Shown here piece after piece: positions 19,846-30,512 of a DNA stretch of 64,000 nucleotides. Numbering within the stretch: position 1 is the stretch's first letter; each line of letters begins with the position of its first letter. A program made the position numbers and the translations under genes. The notes under the pieces were generated by a model. It was not told where the DNA came from. It did not search any database and worked only from the letters and a program-made list of their open reading frames with translations. Origin of the DNA: an uncultured Actinomycetota bacterium. GTDB taxonomy: Bacteria; Actinomycetota; Actinomycetes; JAFAQI01. The stretch lies in NCBI GenBank assembly GCA_963770565.1, contig CAVYQE010000001.1, forward strand, positions 928,001 to 992,000. The letters run 5' to 3'.

Positions 19846-20288
19846 GGCAGGCTCCTGGTCGATCCGACGGGACGCTGTACGTCGCGGTAAGCCGACCATG
19901 ATCACGCCGTCGAATCAAGATTGAAATTGCACGGTTCGAAGCAAGGCCGCTCGGGGTTTCCCACCGGTGGGCGGATCTGCGAGGGCTGGGCGGGCGGCCA
20001 TAGCGTGCGCGAGCTCGCGGGCCGGCCTGGCTCGGCCCGGCCGAGCATGTCGCGAGGAGATCTGGGTCAACGAACGACTAGGCCAGGGGGTTCGATGGCC
20101 TTCCTCGTCCGTATTCCCGGATTGATCGGCTGCCCGTCTGGCGGCCGGGTGGCGCCGAACGGGTGGATTGCGTGCACGATCGCTGATTCGCGCGACTACC
20201 ACGCTCTAGGATCGGCGCGACGGTCGTGGCCTCTACGTCCTCGAGACCGCGCCTCGCCGAGGGACGGTCGATTTGTAGGGAGGCCCAG

Positions 20289-22403
20289 ATGGGCGCTCGC
20301 CGACTCGGTTTGACGCTTGCGATACTGCTCTCCCTCCTGGTCCTGCCGCCGCTGGCAGCACATGCCGCGGGTGGGGCGACGTACACGTGGGTCGGCAACT
20401 CGACTGGCTCGGTCGGGGACAACCACTCCTGGAGCGATTCGAAGAACTGGAGTCCCGTAGGAGTGCCTGGCGACGGCGACTCCGTGGTCATCGAACAACC
20501 GTCGGCTGACGACTGCTTCGCCCATGTCGACGCGGTGCCGAGCGTCGAGTTGGTCGACTTCAGCCTTTCGGAGGATCCGGCGTTGTGCACAACGAGCGTG
20601 TCGGGCGGCACGCTCTCGATCACCGGCTCCTTCACGTGGAACGGCGGAGAGCTGGACTCGCCGACGACGGTCGAGTCCACCGCAGATGCCGCGGTCGACG
20701 GATCCAACCAGCGGTTGAACAGCCTCACGCAAGAGCTGGATGTCGCGGGGACCTTGACGCTGAACGGGGTCAGCGGCCAGGGAGCGCTCCAGATCCTGCA
20801 CGGAAAGGTGCTGCATCTCGAGCCGGGAGCGGTCCTGACCTCGTCCGGCGCGAATGAGATCGATGGCAGCGCGTGCTGCACGGACCCGGCCAAGGTCGTC
20901 AACGACGGCACGGTCTCGATCAACGGGGACACGCTGACGCTCGCGACGCTGGAACTGGACCAGAACGCGGACGTCACCGTGTCGGCCAACGGGCGATTGC
21001 TGACGTCGGCCGGGCCGGTCACGACCGGCACGAGCGGCGCCTACACCGGTGCGGGTCGCTGGCTGCTGACCGACGGGTCGCAGGCGCGCTTCAGCGGGAC
21101 CCAGACTCTCGGTAGCGGCTTCCATCTCGAGCTCGGCGGCCTGGCGTCGACGGCGTCGACATCACTCGCCGGAACGGTGACGTTCGCGGGCGCGGGGACG
21201 TTCGACTGGACTGGCGGCGTGATCGAGGCGCAGCTGACGATCGACCACTCCGTATCAATGCAGGTGGCCGGTGCGCATACCGGTGGCGGTGAACGGGTTC
21301 TGGAGGGCCGGGACTTCTCCGGTGGTGGTGCGGGAGTGCCGGTCACGCAGACCAATCACGGGGTCCTCACCGTCACTGGCGGGGCGACCATCTCCACGGC
21401 CCAGCAGGCGCACCTGGTCAATGCAAGTGACGGTGTCATCACCATCGCACCCGGTACGTCGTTCGCCAGCCAGGCCTGCTGCTCGGCTCCCGACCGGCTG
21501 TCCAATGCCGGCGCGGTCAGTGTGGCGTCGACCGGCGGATCGGGTCCGGCTGTGATGACCGGCGTCGGTTATCAGTCGTCCGGCGCAACAACAATCGCGA
21601 GCGGGCAGACGCTGCAGTTGTCCGGCGGCGCGCCGAACAGGCTGACCGCCGGCACGGTCGGCGGCGGCGGGCACCTGTCGATCACTGCGCCAACCGCGGT
21701 CAGCGGCGCGATCACCATCAGGCCGAACACCCGGCTGCTGCTCGGGGCTCACGGCACGCTTGACGGCACCGCCACCCTCGGCGGCGCCGGCGCGATGAGC
21801 TGGACCGGTGGGTCGGTCTCCGGCGCGGTCACCGTGTCGACGGCTGGCGGCGTCGCAATCTTGGGCAGGGGCACCAAGGTGGTCGCCAACGTTGGCGGCG
21901 GCAGCACCCCGAGCAAGCTCACGCTCACCGTGCCCACCACGATCGCTGCCGGCACCGCAGCCGCGCATGACGTGGTCGATGTCGGTTCGTCGGTCCTCAT
22001 CCTCACCTCGTCGGCGAATGTGGGCGCCTTCACCGAGTTCGACAACGGGACCGTCAGCAACCGCGGCACGTTCTCGATTCACAGCGGCAAGGTCTTCGCC
22101 CGGACCTACGTGCAGACCAAGCACCACAAGCTCGCCGTCGAGTTCACCAAGACGAAACGCGGTTCGCTCACGTCAATCGGTACGGTGTCGCTGCACGGAA
22201 CGCTGGCGGTACACAACACCTATACCCCGCACCTCGGAGACAAGGTCGCCGTGGTCACGGCCGGCACACTCACCGACGGGCTGAGCTGCGTTTCTACGAC
22301 CGGTACGGCCACGAAAGGCTCGTCAGCCGGCCACTGGGTGAACACGCACAACGCAACGAAGCTCATCCTGGTCTGGCGTCGCGGCGCCCCGCCGGCCTGC
22401 TAA
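20289..22403 (+). CDS. Large secreted Gly/Thr-rich repeat protein (adhesin/beta-helix-like)
   Basis: GGGAGG RBS, signal peptide ending AAHA, YTWVG...WSDSKNWSP..VP cap, repeated (F/M).W(T/N)GG and ACC..P....N.G units. Confidence 0.75.
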   Translation: MGARRLGLTLAILLSLLVLPPLAAHAAGGATYTWVGNSTGSVGDNHSWSDSKNWSPVGVPGDGDSVVIEQPSADDCFAHVDAVPSVELVDFSLSEDPALCTTSVSGGTLSITGSFTWNGGELDSPTTVESTADAAVDGSNQRLNSLTQELDVAGTLTLNGVSGQGALQILHGKVLHLEPGAVLTSSGANEIDGSACCTDPAKVVNDGTVSINGDTLTLATLELDQNADVTVSANGRLLTSAGPVTTGTSGAYTGAGRWLLTDGSQARFSGTQTLGSGFHLELGGLASTASTSLAGTVTFAGAGTFDWTGGVIEAQLTIDHSVSMQVAGAHTGGGERVLEGRDFSGGGAGVPVTQTNHGVLTVTGGATISTAQQAHLVNASDGVITIAPGTSFASQACCSAPDRLSNAGAVSVASTGGSGPAVMTGVGYQSSGATTIASGQTLQLSGGAPNRLTAGTVGGGGHLSITAPTAVSGAITIRPNTRLLLGAHGTLDGTATLGGAGAMSWTGGSVSGAVTVSTAGGVAILGRGTKVVANVGGGSTPSKLTLTVPTTIAAGTAAAHDVVDVGSSVLILTSSANVGAFTEFDNGTVSNRGTFSIHSGKVFARTYVQTKHHKLAVEFTKTKRGSLTSIGTVSLHGTLAVHNTYTPHLGDKVAVVTAGTLTDGLSCVSTTGTATKGSSAGHWVNTHNATKLILVWRRGAPPAC

Positions 22404-22596
22404 CCACCTCGGCCGGCAGGCGATCCACGAAGCTGTCTCGCCACGATGCCCTGTGGGGCGGTTGACGCCGCTGGTCGGGGTTTTCCACAGGCGGGCAGAT
22501 CTGGGATTGCGACGGTTGGTTGACCGGCCATAGCGTGCGCGGGCACGGGGGCGGCCGGGTCGGCCTGCGATCTGGTCGGGGGGTGGGTGCGGGTTC

Positions 22597-23829
22597 GTGG
22601 ATGCCACGGGGGTTGTTGAGCAAGAGGTCCGTGAGCTCGTGCGCCGGCGCGGGCTCGACCCGGCCGCCGATGTCGCGGCGGTGCGGGCCCTGGTCGATGA
22701 CGTGATCTGTGACTACGACGACCGGACGCTGGTGGGGTCGCTGCCGGGCCTGGTCGATCCGCGGGCGGTGGCGCGCCGGGTGTTCGACGCGGTGGCCGGG
22801 TTTGGTCCGTTGCAGCCGTTCCTCGACGACGGCGAGGTCGAGGAAATTTGGATCAACGAGCCGGGCCGAGTGTTCGTCGCGCGCCGGGGTCGCAGCGAGC
22901 TGACCACGACGATCCTGCGGGCCGACGAGGTGCGGGACCTGGTCGAGCGGATGTTGAAGTCCTCGGGCCGGCGGGTGGATCTCTCCACCCCGTTCGTGGA
23001 CGCGTCGCTGCCGGACGGCAGCCGGCTGCATGTCGTGATCCCGGACATCACCCGGCGCGACTGGGCGGTGAACATCCGCAAGTTCGTGGTGTCGGCGAGC
23101 TCGATCGATGAGCTGGTCGGACTCGGGACGCTCACGCCGCCGTCCGCACGGTTTCTCGAAGCCGCGGTGTGCGCCGGGCTCAACATCATCGTGGCCGGCG
23201 GCACTCAGGCTGGGAAGACGACGATGTTGAACTGCCTCGCGGCCGCGATTCCGGCCCGCGAGCGGGTGATCACCTGCGAGGAAGTCTTCGAGCTCCGGCT
23301 TCCCCTGCCTGACGTGGTCGCGATGCAGACCCGGCAGGCCAACCTCGAAGGGATGGGCGAGATCCGGCTCCGCCGGCTCGTCAAGGAGGCCCTGCGGATG
23401 CGACCCGAACGCATCCTGGTCGGCGAGGTCAGGCAGGAGGAGTGCCTGGACCTGTTGATCGCGTTGAACTCCGGCTTGCCTGGGATGTGCACGATCCATG
23501 CCAACTCGGCGCGGGAAGCAATCACGAAGCTGTGCACGCTGCCGCTGCTGGCGGGCGAGAACGTCAGCCACGGCTTCGTCGTACCGACGGTTGCGTCGAG
23601 CGTCGACCTGGTCGTGCAGGTCGCCCGCGATAGCCACGGCCACCGGCGGGTCCGCGAGATCGTTGCCGTGCCCGGCCGGGTCGAGGCGGATGTCATCGAG
23701 GCGGCCGACCTGTTCGTCACCAGGCAAGACCGTCTGGTCCGGGCCGATGGCTGGCCACCACATGACGAGCGGTTCGCGATTGCCGGCTTCGACCTGGCCG
23801 AGCTGCTCGGTTCGATCGGGTCGCACTGA
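22597..23829 (+). CDS. tadA: Flp/Tad pilus assembly ATPase (CpaF/TadA)
   Basis: EEIWINEP, DGSRLHV, GGTQAGKTT, ALRMRPERILVGEVR, TIHANS. Confidence 0.93.
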   Translation: MDATGVVEQEVRELVRRRGLDPAADVAAVRALVDDVICDYDDRTLVGSLPGLVDPRAVARRVFDAVAGFGPLQPFLDDGEVEEIWINEPGRVFVARRGRSELTTTILRADEVRDLVERMLKSSGRRVDLSTPFVDASLPDGSRLHVVIPDITRRDWAVNIRKFVVSASSIDELVGLGTLTPPSARFLEAAVCAGLNIIVAGGTQAGKTTMLNCLAAAIPARERVITCEEVFELRLPLPDVVAMQTRQANLEGMGEIRLRRLVKEALRMRPERILVGEVRQEECLDLLIALNSGLPGMCTIHANSAREAITKLCTLPLLAGENVSHGFVVPTVASSVDLVVQVARDSHGHRRVREIVAVPGRVEADVIEAADLFVTRQDRLVRADGWPPHDERFAIAGFDLAELLGSIGSH

Positions 23830-24689
23830 TGGGTGCGCTCGTCGGACTGGTGTTCGGCATGGGTACCTTGCTGATCTGGCGCAGCGGTCGCCGCGCACCG
23901 CAGCGTCGGCCTCGCCGTGCTCCGTCCACCAACGAACGGATCGGCGAGCTGCTGAGGCAGGCCGGCTACAACGGGGTCCGACCACAACAGCTGTACGCCG
24001 TATCCGCCGGGCTCGCGATCGTTGCTTTCGTTGTGGTCGCCGGCGTGAGTCACGCGGCCTCGATCGGCGTTGCTTTCGCGGGCTTCGCGGGCTACGCACC
24101 ATTTGCGTTGGTCCGCCATCGCCGCCGGCAACGGGCCATTGAGCTGCGCGAGCTCTGGCCCGACGTGGTCGACAACCTCGCGTCCGCGGTGCGGGCCGGG
24201 ATGTCGTTGCCCGAGGCAGTCGCGCAGGTCGCCGTTCGCGGACCGCAGCCGCTCCGGCCGTCGTTCGAGTCGTTCGCGACCGACTATGCGGCAACCGGCC
24301 GCTTCAGCGACTGCCTCGACCGGCTCAAGGTCACGCTGGCCGATCCGGTCGGCGACCGGATCGTCGAGTCGATGCGGCTCGCTCGCGAGGTGGGAGGCAG
24401 CGACCTCGGCCGGCTGCTGCGCACGCTGTCGACATTCCTTCGCGAGGACGCGCGCACCCGGGCCGAGCTCGAGACCCGGCAAGGCTGGACGGTCTCGGCG
24501 GCGCGGCTCGCGTTGGCGGCACCGTGGGTGATCCTCGGGATGCTCGCTCTGCGGCCGGAAACCGTGGTCGCCTACGACTCCGCGCCCGGGGTCCTCGTCC
24601 TGCTCGGCGGCGCTGCGGTCTCGTTCACGGCGTACCGGGTGATGCTGCGGGTCGCGCAGCTGCCGACCGAGGAGCGGGTGCTCCGATGA
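23829..24689 (+). CDS. tadB: TadB-like T2SS F-family membrane protein
   Basis: WPDVVDNLASAVRAGMSLPEA, REVGGSDLG; follows tadA. Confidence 0.85.
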   Translation: MGALVGLVFGMGTLLIWRSGRRAPQRRPRRAPSTNERIGELLRQAGYNGVRPQQLYAVSAGLAIVAFVVVAGVSHAASIGVAFAGFAGYAPFALVRHRRRQRAIELRELWPDVVDNLASAVRAGMSLPEAVAQVAVRGPQPLRPSFESFATDYAATGRFSDCLDRLKVTLADPVGDRIVESMRLAREVGGSDLGRLLRTLSTFLREDARTRAELETRQGWTVSAARLALAAPWVILGMLALRPETVVAYDSAPGVLVLLGGAAVSFTAYRVMLRVAQLPTEERVLR

Positions 24690-25627
24690 CACCGGCCGTC
24701 ACCGGCGCGGCGCTCGGGCTGCTGGCCGCCGCCGGCATCGCGGTCGCCGTCGCGGCGAGCCCGCCGATGCGGCGGGTGCGACTCGACGACCGCCTGGCGC
24801 CGTACCTTCGCGACACCCCGATGCCGTCCCGCTTGCTGCGGCCCAGCCAGACCACGACACCGTTCCCGACCCTCGAACGACTGCTCGGACCGGTGCTGCG
24901 CGATCTTGCCGCCCGCGTCGATCGGGCCATCGGCGGAACCGCCTCGGTACGTCGCCGGCTCGACCAAGCCGGTCGTGAGCTGACGGTCGAGCAGTTCCGG
25001 GTCGAGCAGGTGCTGTGCGGCGCCGCTGGCCTGTTCGTGGGTCTGGCGCTCGCTGTGCTGGCCGCCGCTCGAGGCTCCCGCACCAACCCGATTGGCTTCG
25101 TGATCCTCGCCGCGGTGCTCTCGCTCGCCGGCGTCCTGCTGCGCGACCGCTCACTCACCAACGAGGTGCGGCGGCGGGAGGCGCGGATGGTCGGGGAGTT
25201 TCCGACGATTGCTGAGCTCCTCGCGCTCGCGGTCGGTGCCGGCGAGGGGCCGGTCGCCGCGCTCGAGCGGGTCGCCCGGCTCGGCCACGGCGAGTTGCCG
25301 CGCGAGCTCGGACGCGCACTCGCCGACGCCAGAGCCGGCTCGTCAGTGGTAGCGGCGCTCGAGCGGATGGCCGCGCGCACCTCGCTTCCGGTGCTCGCTC
25401 GCTTCGTCGACGGGATGGCGATCGCGGTCGAGCGCGGCACGCCGCTGGCCGATGTGCTGCAGGCGCAGGCAACCGACGTCCGCGAGCTCAGCCGGCGGGC
25501 GCTGCTCGAAGCGGGCGGCCGCAAGGAGATCGCGATGCTGGTCCCAGTCGTGTTCCTCGTGCTGCCCGTGACCGTCATTTTCGCTTTGTTTCCAGGGTTT
25601 TACAGCCTCCAGCTGGCAGTTCCCTAG
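24686..25627 (+). CDS. tadC: TadC-like T2SS F-family membrane protein
   Basis: EFPTIAELLALAVGAGEG, ERGTPLADVL, KEIAMLVPVVFL. Confidence 0.85.
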   Translation: MTPAVTGAALGLLAAAGIAVAVAASPPMRRVRLDDRLAPYLRDTPMPSRLLRPSQTTTPFPTLERLLGPVLRDLAARVDRAIGGTASVRRRLDQAGRELTVEQFRVEQVLCGAAGLFVGLALAVLAAARGSRTNPIGFVILAAVLSLAGVLLRDRSLTNEVRRREARMVGEFPTIAELLALAVGAGEGPVAALERVARLGHGELPRELGRALADARAGSSVVAALERMAARTSLPVLARFVDGMAIAVERGTPLADVLQAQATDVRELSRRALLEAGGRKEIAMLVPVVFLVLPVTVIFALFPGFYSLQLAVP

Positions 25628-25658
25628 CCCTGTCGCGTCAAGGATCGGAGCGCACCAC

Positions 25659-25865
25659 GTGATCACTCAGTTGTTCATGGTCTGGCTAGCCGTACGGGGT
25701 CGGATCGCATCGGCGGACGACCCTGAGCGCGGCGACGTACCAGGTTGGGTCCTCATCACGTTGATGACCGCTGGAATCGTGACCGCGCTGTGGGTCGTCG
25801 CCGAGCCCACTCTTCGCGGTCTGCTGACCAATGCGTTGAACATCTCGGGCGATCCCAACCAGTGA
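25659..25865 (+). CDS. Putative Flp-like pilin
   Basis: 68 aa, ERG/DVPGWVLITLMTAG followed by one hydrophobic helix; position in tad operon. Confidence 0.7.
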   Translation: MITQLFMVWLAVRGRIASADDPERGDVPGWVLITLMTAGIVTALWVVAEPTLRGLLTNALNISGDPNQ

Positions 25866-26263
25866 TTCGGCCGGCAGGGGCGTCCGGCGAGTCCGGCTCT
25901 GCCCCGGTCGACTTCGTCCTGGTCGGCGTTCTGGTGACGTTGATGTTCATGGCCGTGCTTCAGCTCGGCACCGACTTCTACGTCCGCAACGTGCTGGCCG
26001 CCTGCGTCGCCGACGGTGCGAGGTACGCCGCGAACTCCGATGTCGCCGACCCCAGCGCGGGCGCCGAGCAGGCGAACGAGGAGATCACCCGCAGCCTCGG
26101 TGCGGCGTATGCAGCCGCGTACGCACCGTCCCGTCAGGACAGCGTGGACGGCGCCCCGGTCGTGACGATCGACGTCGCAGCTCGACTGCCGTTGCTCGCC
26201 TGGTTCCTTCCGGTCGGTCCGACCGTGCACGCCACCGGCCATGCGCTGCGGGAGCCACGATGA
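25862..26263 (+). CDS. TadE-like minor pilin
   Basis: ESGSAPVDFVLV prepilin motif, ADGARYAA. Confidence 0.8.
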   Translation: MIRPAGASGESGSAPVDFVLVGVLVTLMFMAVLQLGTDFYVRNVLAACVADGARYAANSDVADPSAGAEQANEEITRSLGAAYAAAYAPSRQDSVDGAPVVTIDVAARLPLLAWFLPVGPTVHATGHALREPR

Positions 26264-26727
26264 TCGGCCGCGGCGACACGCGCGAGGACGGCAGCGCGAT
26301 CGTCGAGTTCGTCTGGCTGGCCGTGCTGCTCATGGTGCCGCTCGTCTACGTCGTCCTCACCGCGGTGTCGCTCCAGCGCGCGTCGTTCGCCGTAACCGCG
26401 GCTGCTCGCGACGCCGGCCGGGCCTACGTGACGGCCGGCTCGGACGCGGTGGGGCAACAGCGAGCGAGCGCGGCGGTCGCGCTCGCGATGCGCGACCAAG
26501 GTGTGTCGTGGTCGTCGACCGGGCCGCTCGTGTCATGCGGGAGTTGTGACTACGCGCCTGGTTCGACCGTCACGGTCGAGCTGACCAAGCGGGTGACGCT
26601 GCCGTTCGTCCCGCACTGGTTGTGCGGTCACACCTGCGTGGCCGGCATCACGGTCAAGGCCAGCCACCGCGAGCGAATCAGTTGCTACTCGGGCACCGGC
26701 ATCCCGGATCCGGACGCGCAGTGCTGA
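26260..26727 (+). CDS. TadE-like minor pilin
   Basis: [20 protein letters not shown]. Confidence 0.8.
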   Translation: MIGRGDTREDGSAIVEFVWLAVLLMVPLVYVVLTAVSLQRASFAVTAAARDAGRAYVTAGSDAVGQQRASAAVALAMRDQGVSWSSTGPLVSCGSCDYAPGSTVTVELTKRVTLPFVPHWLCGHTCVAGITVKASHRERISCYSGTGIPDPDAQC

Positions 26728-27215
26728 CCCGACACCGACGGGAGGCCGCCGACGACGGGTCGGTCCTGATCCTCGTGATCGGTTACACGGCGATCGCCGC
26801 AGTCCTGATCACGGTCGGGATCGACACGTCCAAGGTGTTTCTCGCCCGGCGGGCGTTGGCCTCGGCGACCGACTCGGCGGCGCTCGCGGCAGCCCAGGGC
26901 GTCGACCGCAGCGCGATCTACCACGGCAATGGGCTTCAGTGCGGCCAGCCGCTGCCGCTCGACCCGCAGCATGCCGCGAGCCTTGCGGCGCTCAGCGTGA
27001 GCGACGACCGGCGCGATCTCGGCCATCTCTTCCGATCGGTGGCGGCGCCGACCACGTCGCTCGATGCGGGCACGGTCACCGTGGCGGTTTCGGGCCTGGT
27101 CGCCGTACCGTTCGGGCGGGTCCTCGCCTGGCTCGACCCGGGCCACTCCGACGGGCTGGTCCGGGTCACCGAGACCTCCCACGCCCGCTCCCCGGTCGTC
27201 GGCGGAGCCTGCTGA
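26721..27215 (+). CDS. TadG-like pilus assembly protein
   Basis: [29 protein letters not shown]. Confidence 0.78.
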   Translation: MLTRHRREAADDGSVLILVIGYTAIAAVLITVGIDTSKVFLARRALASATDSAALAAAQGVDRSAIYHGNGLQCGQPLPLDPQHAASLAALSVSDDRRDLGHLFRSVAAPTTSLDAGTVTVAVSGLVAVPFGRVLAWLDPGHSDGLVRVTETSHARSPVVGGAC

Positions 27216-27253
27216 GCGAACGCGGAGCGCGCGCCGCCGGTAACCTCGCGGAC

Positions 27254-28363
27254 GTGTCCGACGTCGAACCCGCAGAGGCGCTGAAGGCGCTGGTCGCGAC
27301 GCTGGACTCGATCGAGTCGGTGCTCGACCCCGCCGGGATGCGCACCCAGCTGGCCTCGCTCGAGGAGCAGGCGGCCGACCCCGACCTGTGGAACGACCAG
27401 GAGCGCGCCCAGCGGGTGACCAGGAAGATGGCGTCGTTGCGGGCCGACCTGGGCCGGCTCGATGCCCTGCACGCCCGGCTCGACGACCTGTCGGCCGCGA
27501 TCGAGCTCGAGGACCCCGACCTGATGGCCGAGGCGGCCGAGGCACTGCCGGCGCTGCAGGCCGACATCGACGCGCTGGAGATCCGCACCCTGCTCTCCGG
27601 GGAGTACGACGAGCGTGACGCGCTGATCACGATCAACTCCGGCACCGGCGGCACGGACGCCGCCGACTGGGCCGAGATGCTGATGCGGATGTACCTGCGC
27701 TGGGCCGAGCGGCACGAGTACCCGACCGAGGTCTTCGACACCTCCTACGCCGAAGAGGCCGGGATCAAGTCGGCCACCTTCGTGGTCAATGCGCCCTTCG
27801 GGTACGGCACCCTCGCCGGCGAGCACGGCGTACACCGGCTGGTGCGGATCTCGCCGTTCGACAACCAGTCGAGGCGGCAGACCTCGTTCGCGAGCGTCGA
27901 TGTCACCCCGGTGGTCGAGGAGACCGACGAGGTCGAGATCCCCGACGAGGACATCCGGGTCGACGTCTACCGCTCCTCCGGCCCGGGCGGCCAGGGCGTC
28001 AACACCACCGACTCCGCGGTCCGGCTCACCCACCTCCCGACCGGCATCGTGGTCACCTGCCAGAACGAGCGCAGCCAGATCCAGAACCGGGCCCGCGCGA
28101 TGGAGGTCCTCGCCGCCAAACTGCTCGAAGTCCGCCGCCAGGAGGCCGCCGACGAGATGGGCCGGCTCAAGGGCTCCCGCAACACGGTCGGGTTCGGCAG
28201 CGACGACAAGGTCCGCGACTACGTGCTGCATCCGTACCAATTAGTAAAGGACGCCCGCACCGGTCTCGAGGTCGGAAACACTGGTGCGGTGCTCGACGGC
28301 GACATCGATGCGTTCATCGACGCGGAGGTGCGCTGGCGTCGCAAGCAGGCTGATGCGGAGTAA
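27254..28363 (+). CDS. prfB: Peptide chain release factor 2
   Basis: RISPFD (SPF), [17 protein letters not shown] (GGQ); uninterrupted ORF; TAACCT -10 ends 7 bp before GTG, so likely leaderless. Confidence 0.97.
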   Translation: MSDVEPAEALKALVATLDSIESVLDPAGMRTQLASLEEQAADPDLWNDQERAQRVTRKMASLRADLGRLDALHARLDDLSAAIELEDPDLMAEAAEALPALQADIDALEIRTLLSGEYDERDALITINSGTGGTDAADWAEMLMRMYLRWAERHEYPTEVFDTSYAEEAGIKSATFVVNAPFGYGTLAGEHGVHRLVRISPFDNQSRRQTSFASVDVTPVVEETDEVEIPDEDIRVDVYRSSGPGGQGVNTTDSAVRLTHLPTGIVVTCQNERSQIQNRARAMEVLAAKLLEVRRQEAADEMGRLKGSRNTVGFGSDDKVRDYVLHPYQLVKDARTGLEVGNTGAVLDGDIDAFIDAEVRWRRKQADAE

Positions 28364-28384
28364 CTGCCGGTAGGCTTACCTCCT

Positions 28385-29074
28385 GTGATTCGCTTCCAGT
28401 CGGTGACGAAGACCTACCCGACGAGCACCAGACCCGCGCTCGACGACATCACCGTCGAGCTCGACAAGGGCGAGTTCGTCTTCCTGGTCGGGCAGTCCGG
28501 ATCGGGCAAATCGACCTTCCTGCGACTGGTGCTAAAAGAGGAGCAACCGACCAAAGGCGACATCTGGGTCGTCGGCAAGGACCTCGGCCGGATGCCGCGG
28601 CGCAAGGTGCCGGCGCTGCGCCGCCAGGTCGGCACGGTGTTCCAGGACTTCCGGCTGCTGCCCAACAAGACCGTTGCCGAGAACGTCGCGTTCGCCCTTG
28701 ACGTGATCGGGAAGCCGCGCCACACGGTGGCGAAGGTCGTGCCGGAGGTGCTTAGCCTGGTCGGCCTCGACGGCAAGGAGAACCGCCGTCCCGACGAGCT
28801 GTCCGGTGGCGAGCAGCAGCGGGTCGCGATCGCAAGGGCCTTCGTCAACCGGCCCCGGATCCTGCTCGCGGACGAGCCGACCGGCAACCTCGATCCCACC
28901 ACCAGCGTCGGCATTATGAAGCTGCTCGACCGGATCAACCGGACCGGTACGACGGTCGTGATGGCGACTCACGACTCCAACATCGTCGACTCCATGCGCC
29001 GCCGAGTGGTCGAGCTCGAAGCCGGCCGCGTGACCCGCGATCAGAACCGCGGCGTCTACGGCTACTCCCGCTGA
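28385..29074 (+). CDS. ftsE: Cell division ATP-binding protein FtsE
   Basis: [31 protein letters not shown]; prfB-ftsEX-smpB synteny. Confidence 0.96.
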   Translation: MIRFQSVTKTYPTSTRPALDDITVELDKGEFVFLVGQSGSGKSTFLRLVLKEEQPTKGDIWVVGKDLGRMPRRKVPALRRQVGTVFQDFRLLPNKTVAENVAFALDVIGKPRHTVAKVVPEVLSLVGLDGKENRRPDELSGGEQQRVAIARAFVNRPRILLADEPTGNLDPTTSVGIMKLLDRINRTGTTVVMATHDSNIVDSMRRRVVELEAGRVTRDQNRGVYGYSR

Positions 29075-29090
29075 GCACCCGGAGACCATC

Positions 29091-29996
29091 GTGATGCGCT
29101 TTCAGTTCGTCGTGTCGGAGTTGGCCATCGGCTTGCGCCGCAACGTCACGATGACGGTCGCCGCGATGGTGACCATCACGATCTCGCTGACCCTGCTCGG
29201 CGGTGCGCTGATGATCCGCTCCGGCGCATCCCGGCTCGAGCACGACCTGCTCAACAACATCGAGGTTTCGGTCTACCTGCAGCCCGCTTGCGGTACGCCG
29301 AACGCGCCGTCGAACTGCGTGACGCTGGCCGAACAGGCCTCGATCCAGCGGACGCTGAAGCAGCTCCCGCAGGTGAAGGGCGTGCAGTTCATCTCCTCGG
29401 CGAGCGCCTACCAGCGCTTCCGCGACGACTTCGCCCAGGATCCCGACCTGCTCAAGAACACGCCGAAGGACGCCCTGCCGGCGTCGTTCGCGGTGTCGCT
29501 CAAAGACCCGCATCAGTTCGCGGTCATCAACAGCGCGGTCAGCCAGGCGCCTGGTGTGCAGTCGGTCACCAACGCCTCGCAGGACCTCAAGGCGTTGTTC
29601 GCGTTCTTCCACCGGGTCACGCTCGGCGTACTGCTGATCGCTGCGCTGCTGTTGGCCGCGACCTGCCTGCTGATCTACAACACCATGCTGGTCGCCGCGT
29701 TCACCCGGCGCCGGGAGACCGGGATCATGCGGCTGGTCGGCGCGTCCGACTTCTACATCCAGGCACCGTTCATTCTCGAAGGCACGGTCATCGGCGTAAT
29801 CGGATCGGCACTCGCGCTGTCGCTGATGGCGATCGTGCGACTGTTCGTCGCCAACTCGACGCAGCACTCGCCGATCCTCAAGCCGTTCGGCGAGTGGTCG
29901 ACGTTCTGGCATGCGGTGCCGCTCGTGATCCTGGTCGGAGTTGTCCTGTCGGCGCTGGCGTCGTTCCTCACCCTGCGCCGCCACCTGCGCGTGTAG
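29091..29996 (+). CDS. ftsX: Cell division permease FtsX
   Basis: GLRRNVTMT, RRRETGIMRLVGAS...PFILEG. Confidence 0.95.
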   Translation: MMRFQFVVSELAIGLRRNVTMTVAAMVTITISLTLLGGALMIRSGASRLEHDLLNNIEVSVYLQPACGTPNAPSNCVTLAEQASIQRTLKQLPQVKGVQFISSASAYQRFRDDFAQDPDLLKNTPKDALPASFAVSLKDPHQFAVINSAVSQAPGVQSVTNASQDLKALFAFFHRVTLGVLLIAALLLAATCLLIYNTMLVAAFTRRRETGIMRLVGASDFYIQAPFILEGTVIGVIGSALALSLMAIVRLFVANSTQHSPILKPFGEWSTFWHAVPLVILVGVVLSALASFLTLRRHLRV

Positions 29997-30002
29997 TTCT
30001 CG

Positions 30003-30479
30003 ATGGTCAAGGAGACCGGGCGCAAGCTGATCGCCCAGAACCGCAAGGCTCGCCACAACTTCGCGATCGAGGACGTCTTCGAGGCTGGCCTGGTGCTGCA
30101 CGGCACCGAAGTGAAGTCGCTGCGCGAGGGCCGGGCATCGATCGTCGACGCCTATGGACACGTGCGCGACGGCGAGATCTGGCTCGAAGGGCTGCACATC
30201 CCCGAGTACGCCCAGGGCACCTGGACCAACCACGAGCCACGGCGTACCCGCAAGCTGCTCCTGCACCGCAAGGAGATCGACCGGCTGATCGGCAAGACCA
30301 AGGAGAGTGGCCTGACGCTCGTGCCGCTGTCCTTGTATTTCAAGGACGGCAAGGCGAAGGTCGAGATCGCGCTCGCGCGCGGCAAGCGCACGTACGACAA
30401 GCGGCAGGCCCTGGCGACTCGCGATGCGGAGCGGGAGATCGCCCGGTCGGCCGGGCGCCGGGCGAAGGGCCGCGACTGA
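30003..30479 (+). CDS. smpB: SsrA-binding protein
   Basis: [31 protein letters not shown]. Confidence 0.97.
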   Translation: MVKETGRKLIAQNRKARHNFAIEDVFEAGLVLHGTEVKSLREGRASIVDAYGHVRDGEIWLEGLHIPEYAQGTWTNHEPRRTRKLLLHRKEIDRLIGKTKESGLTLVPLSLYFKDGKAKVEIALARGKRTYDKRQALATRDAEREIARSAGRRAKGRD

Positions 30480-30512
30480 CCGTCGCGGTCGCGGCTCGGG
30501 GAGACTGAGGGC

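Noticed and set aside
27254-28363. prfB lacking the programmed +1 frameshift
   Set aside because: An uninterrupted prfB is normal in Actinomycetota
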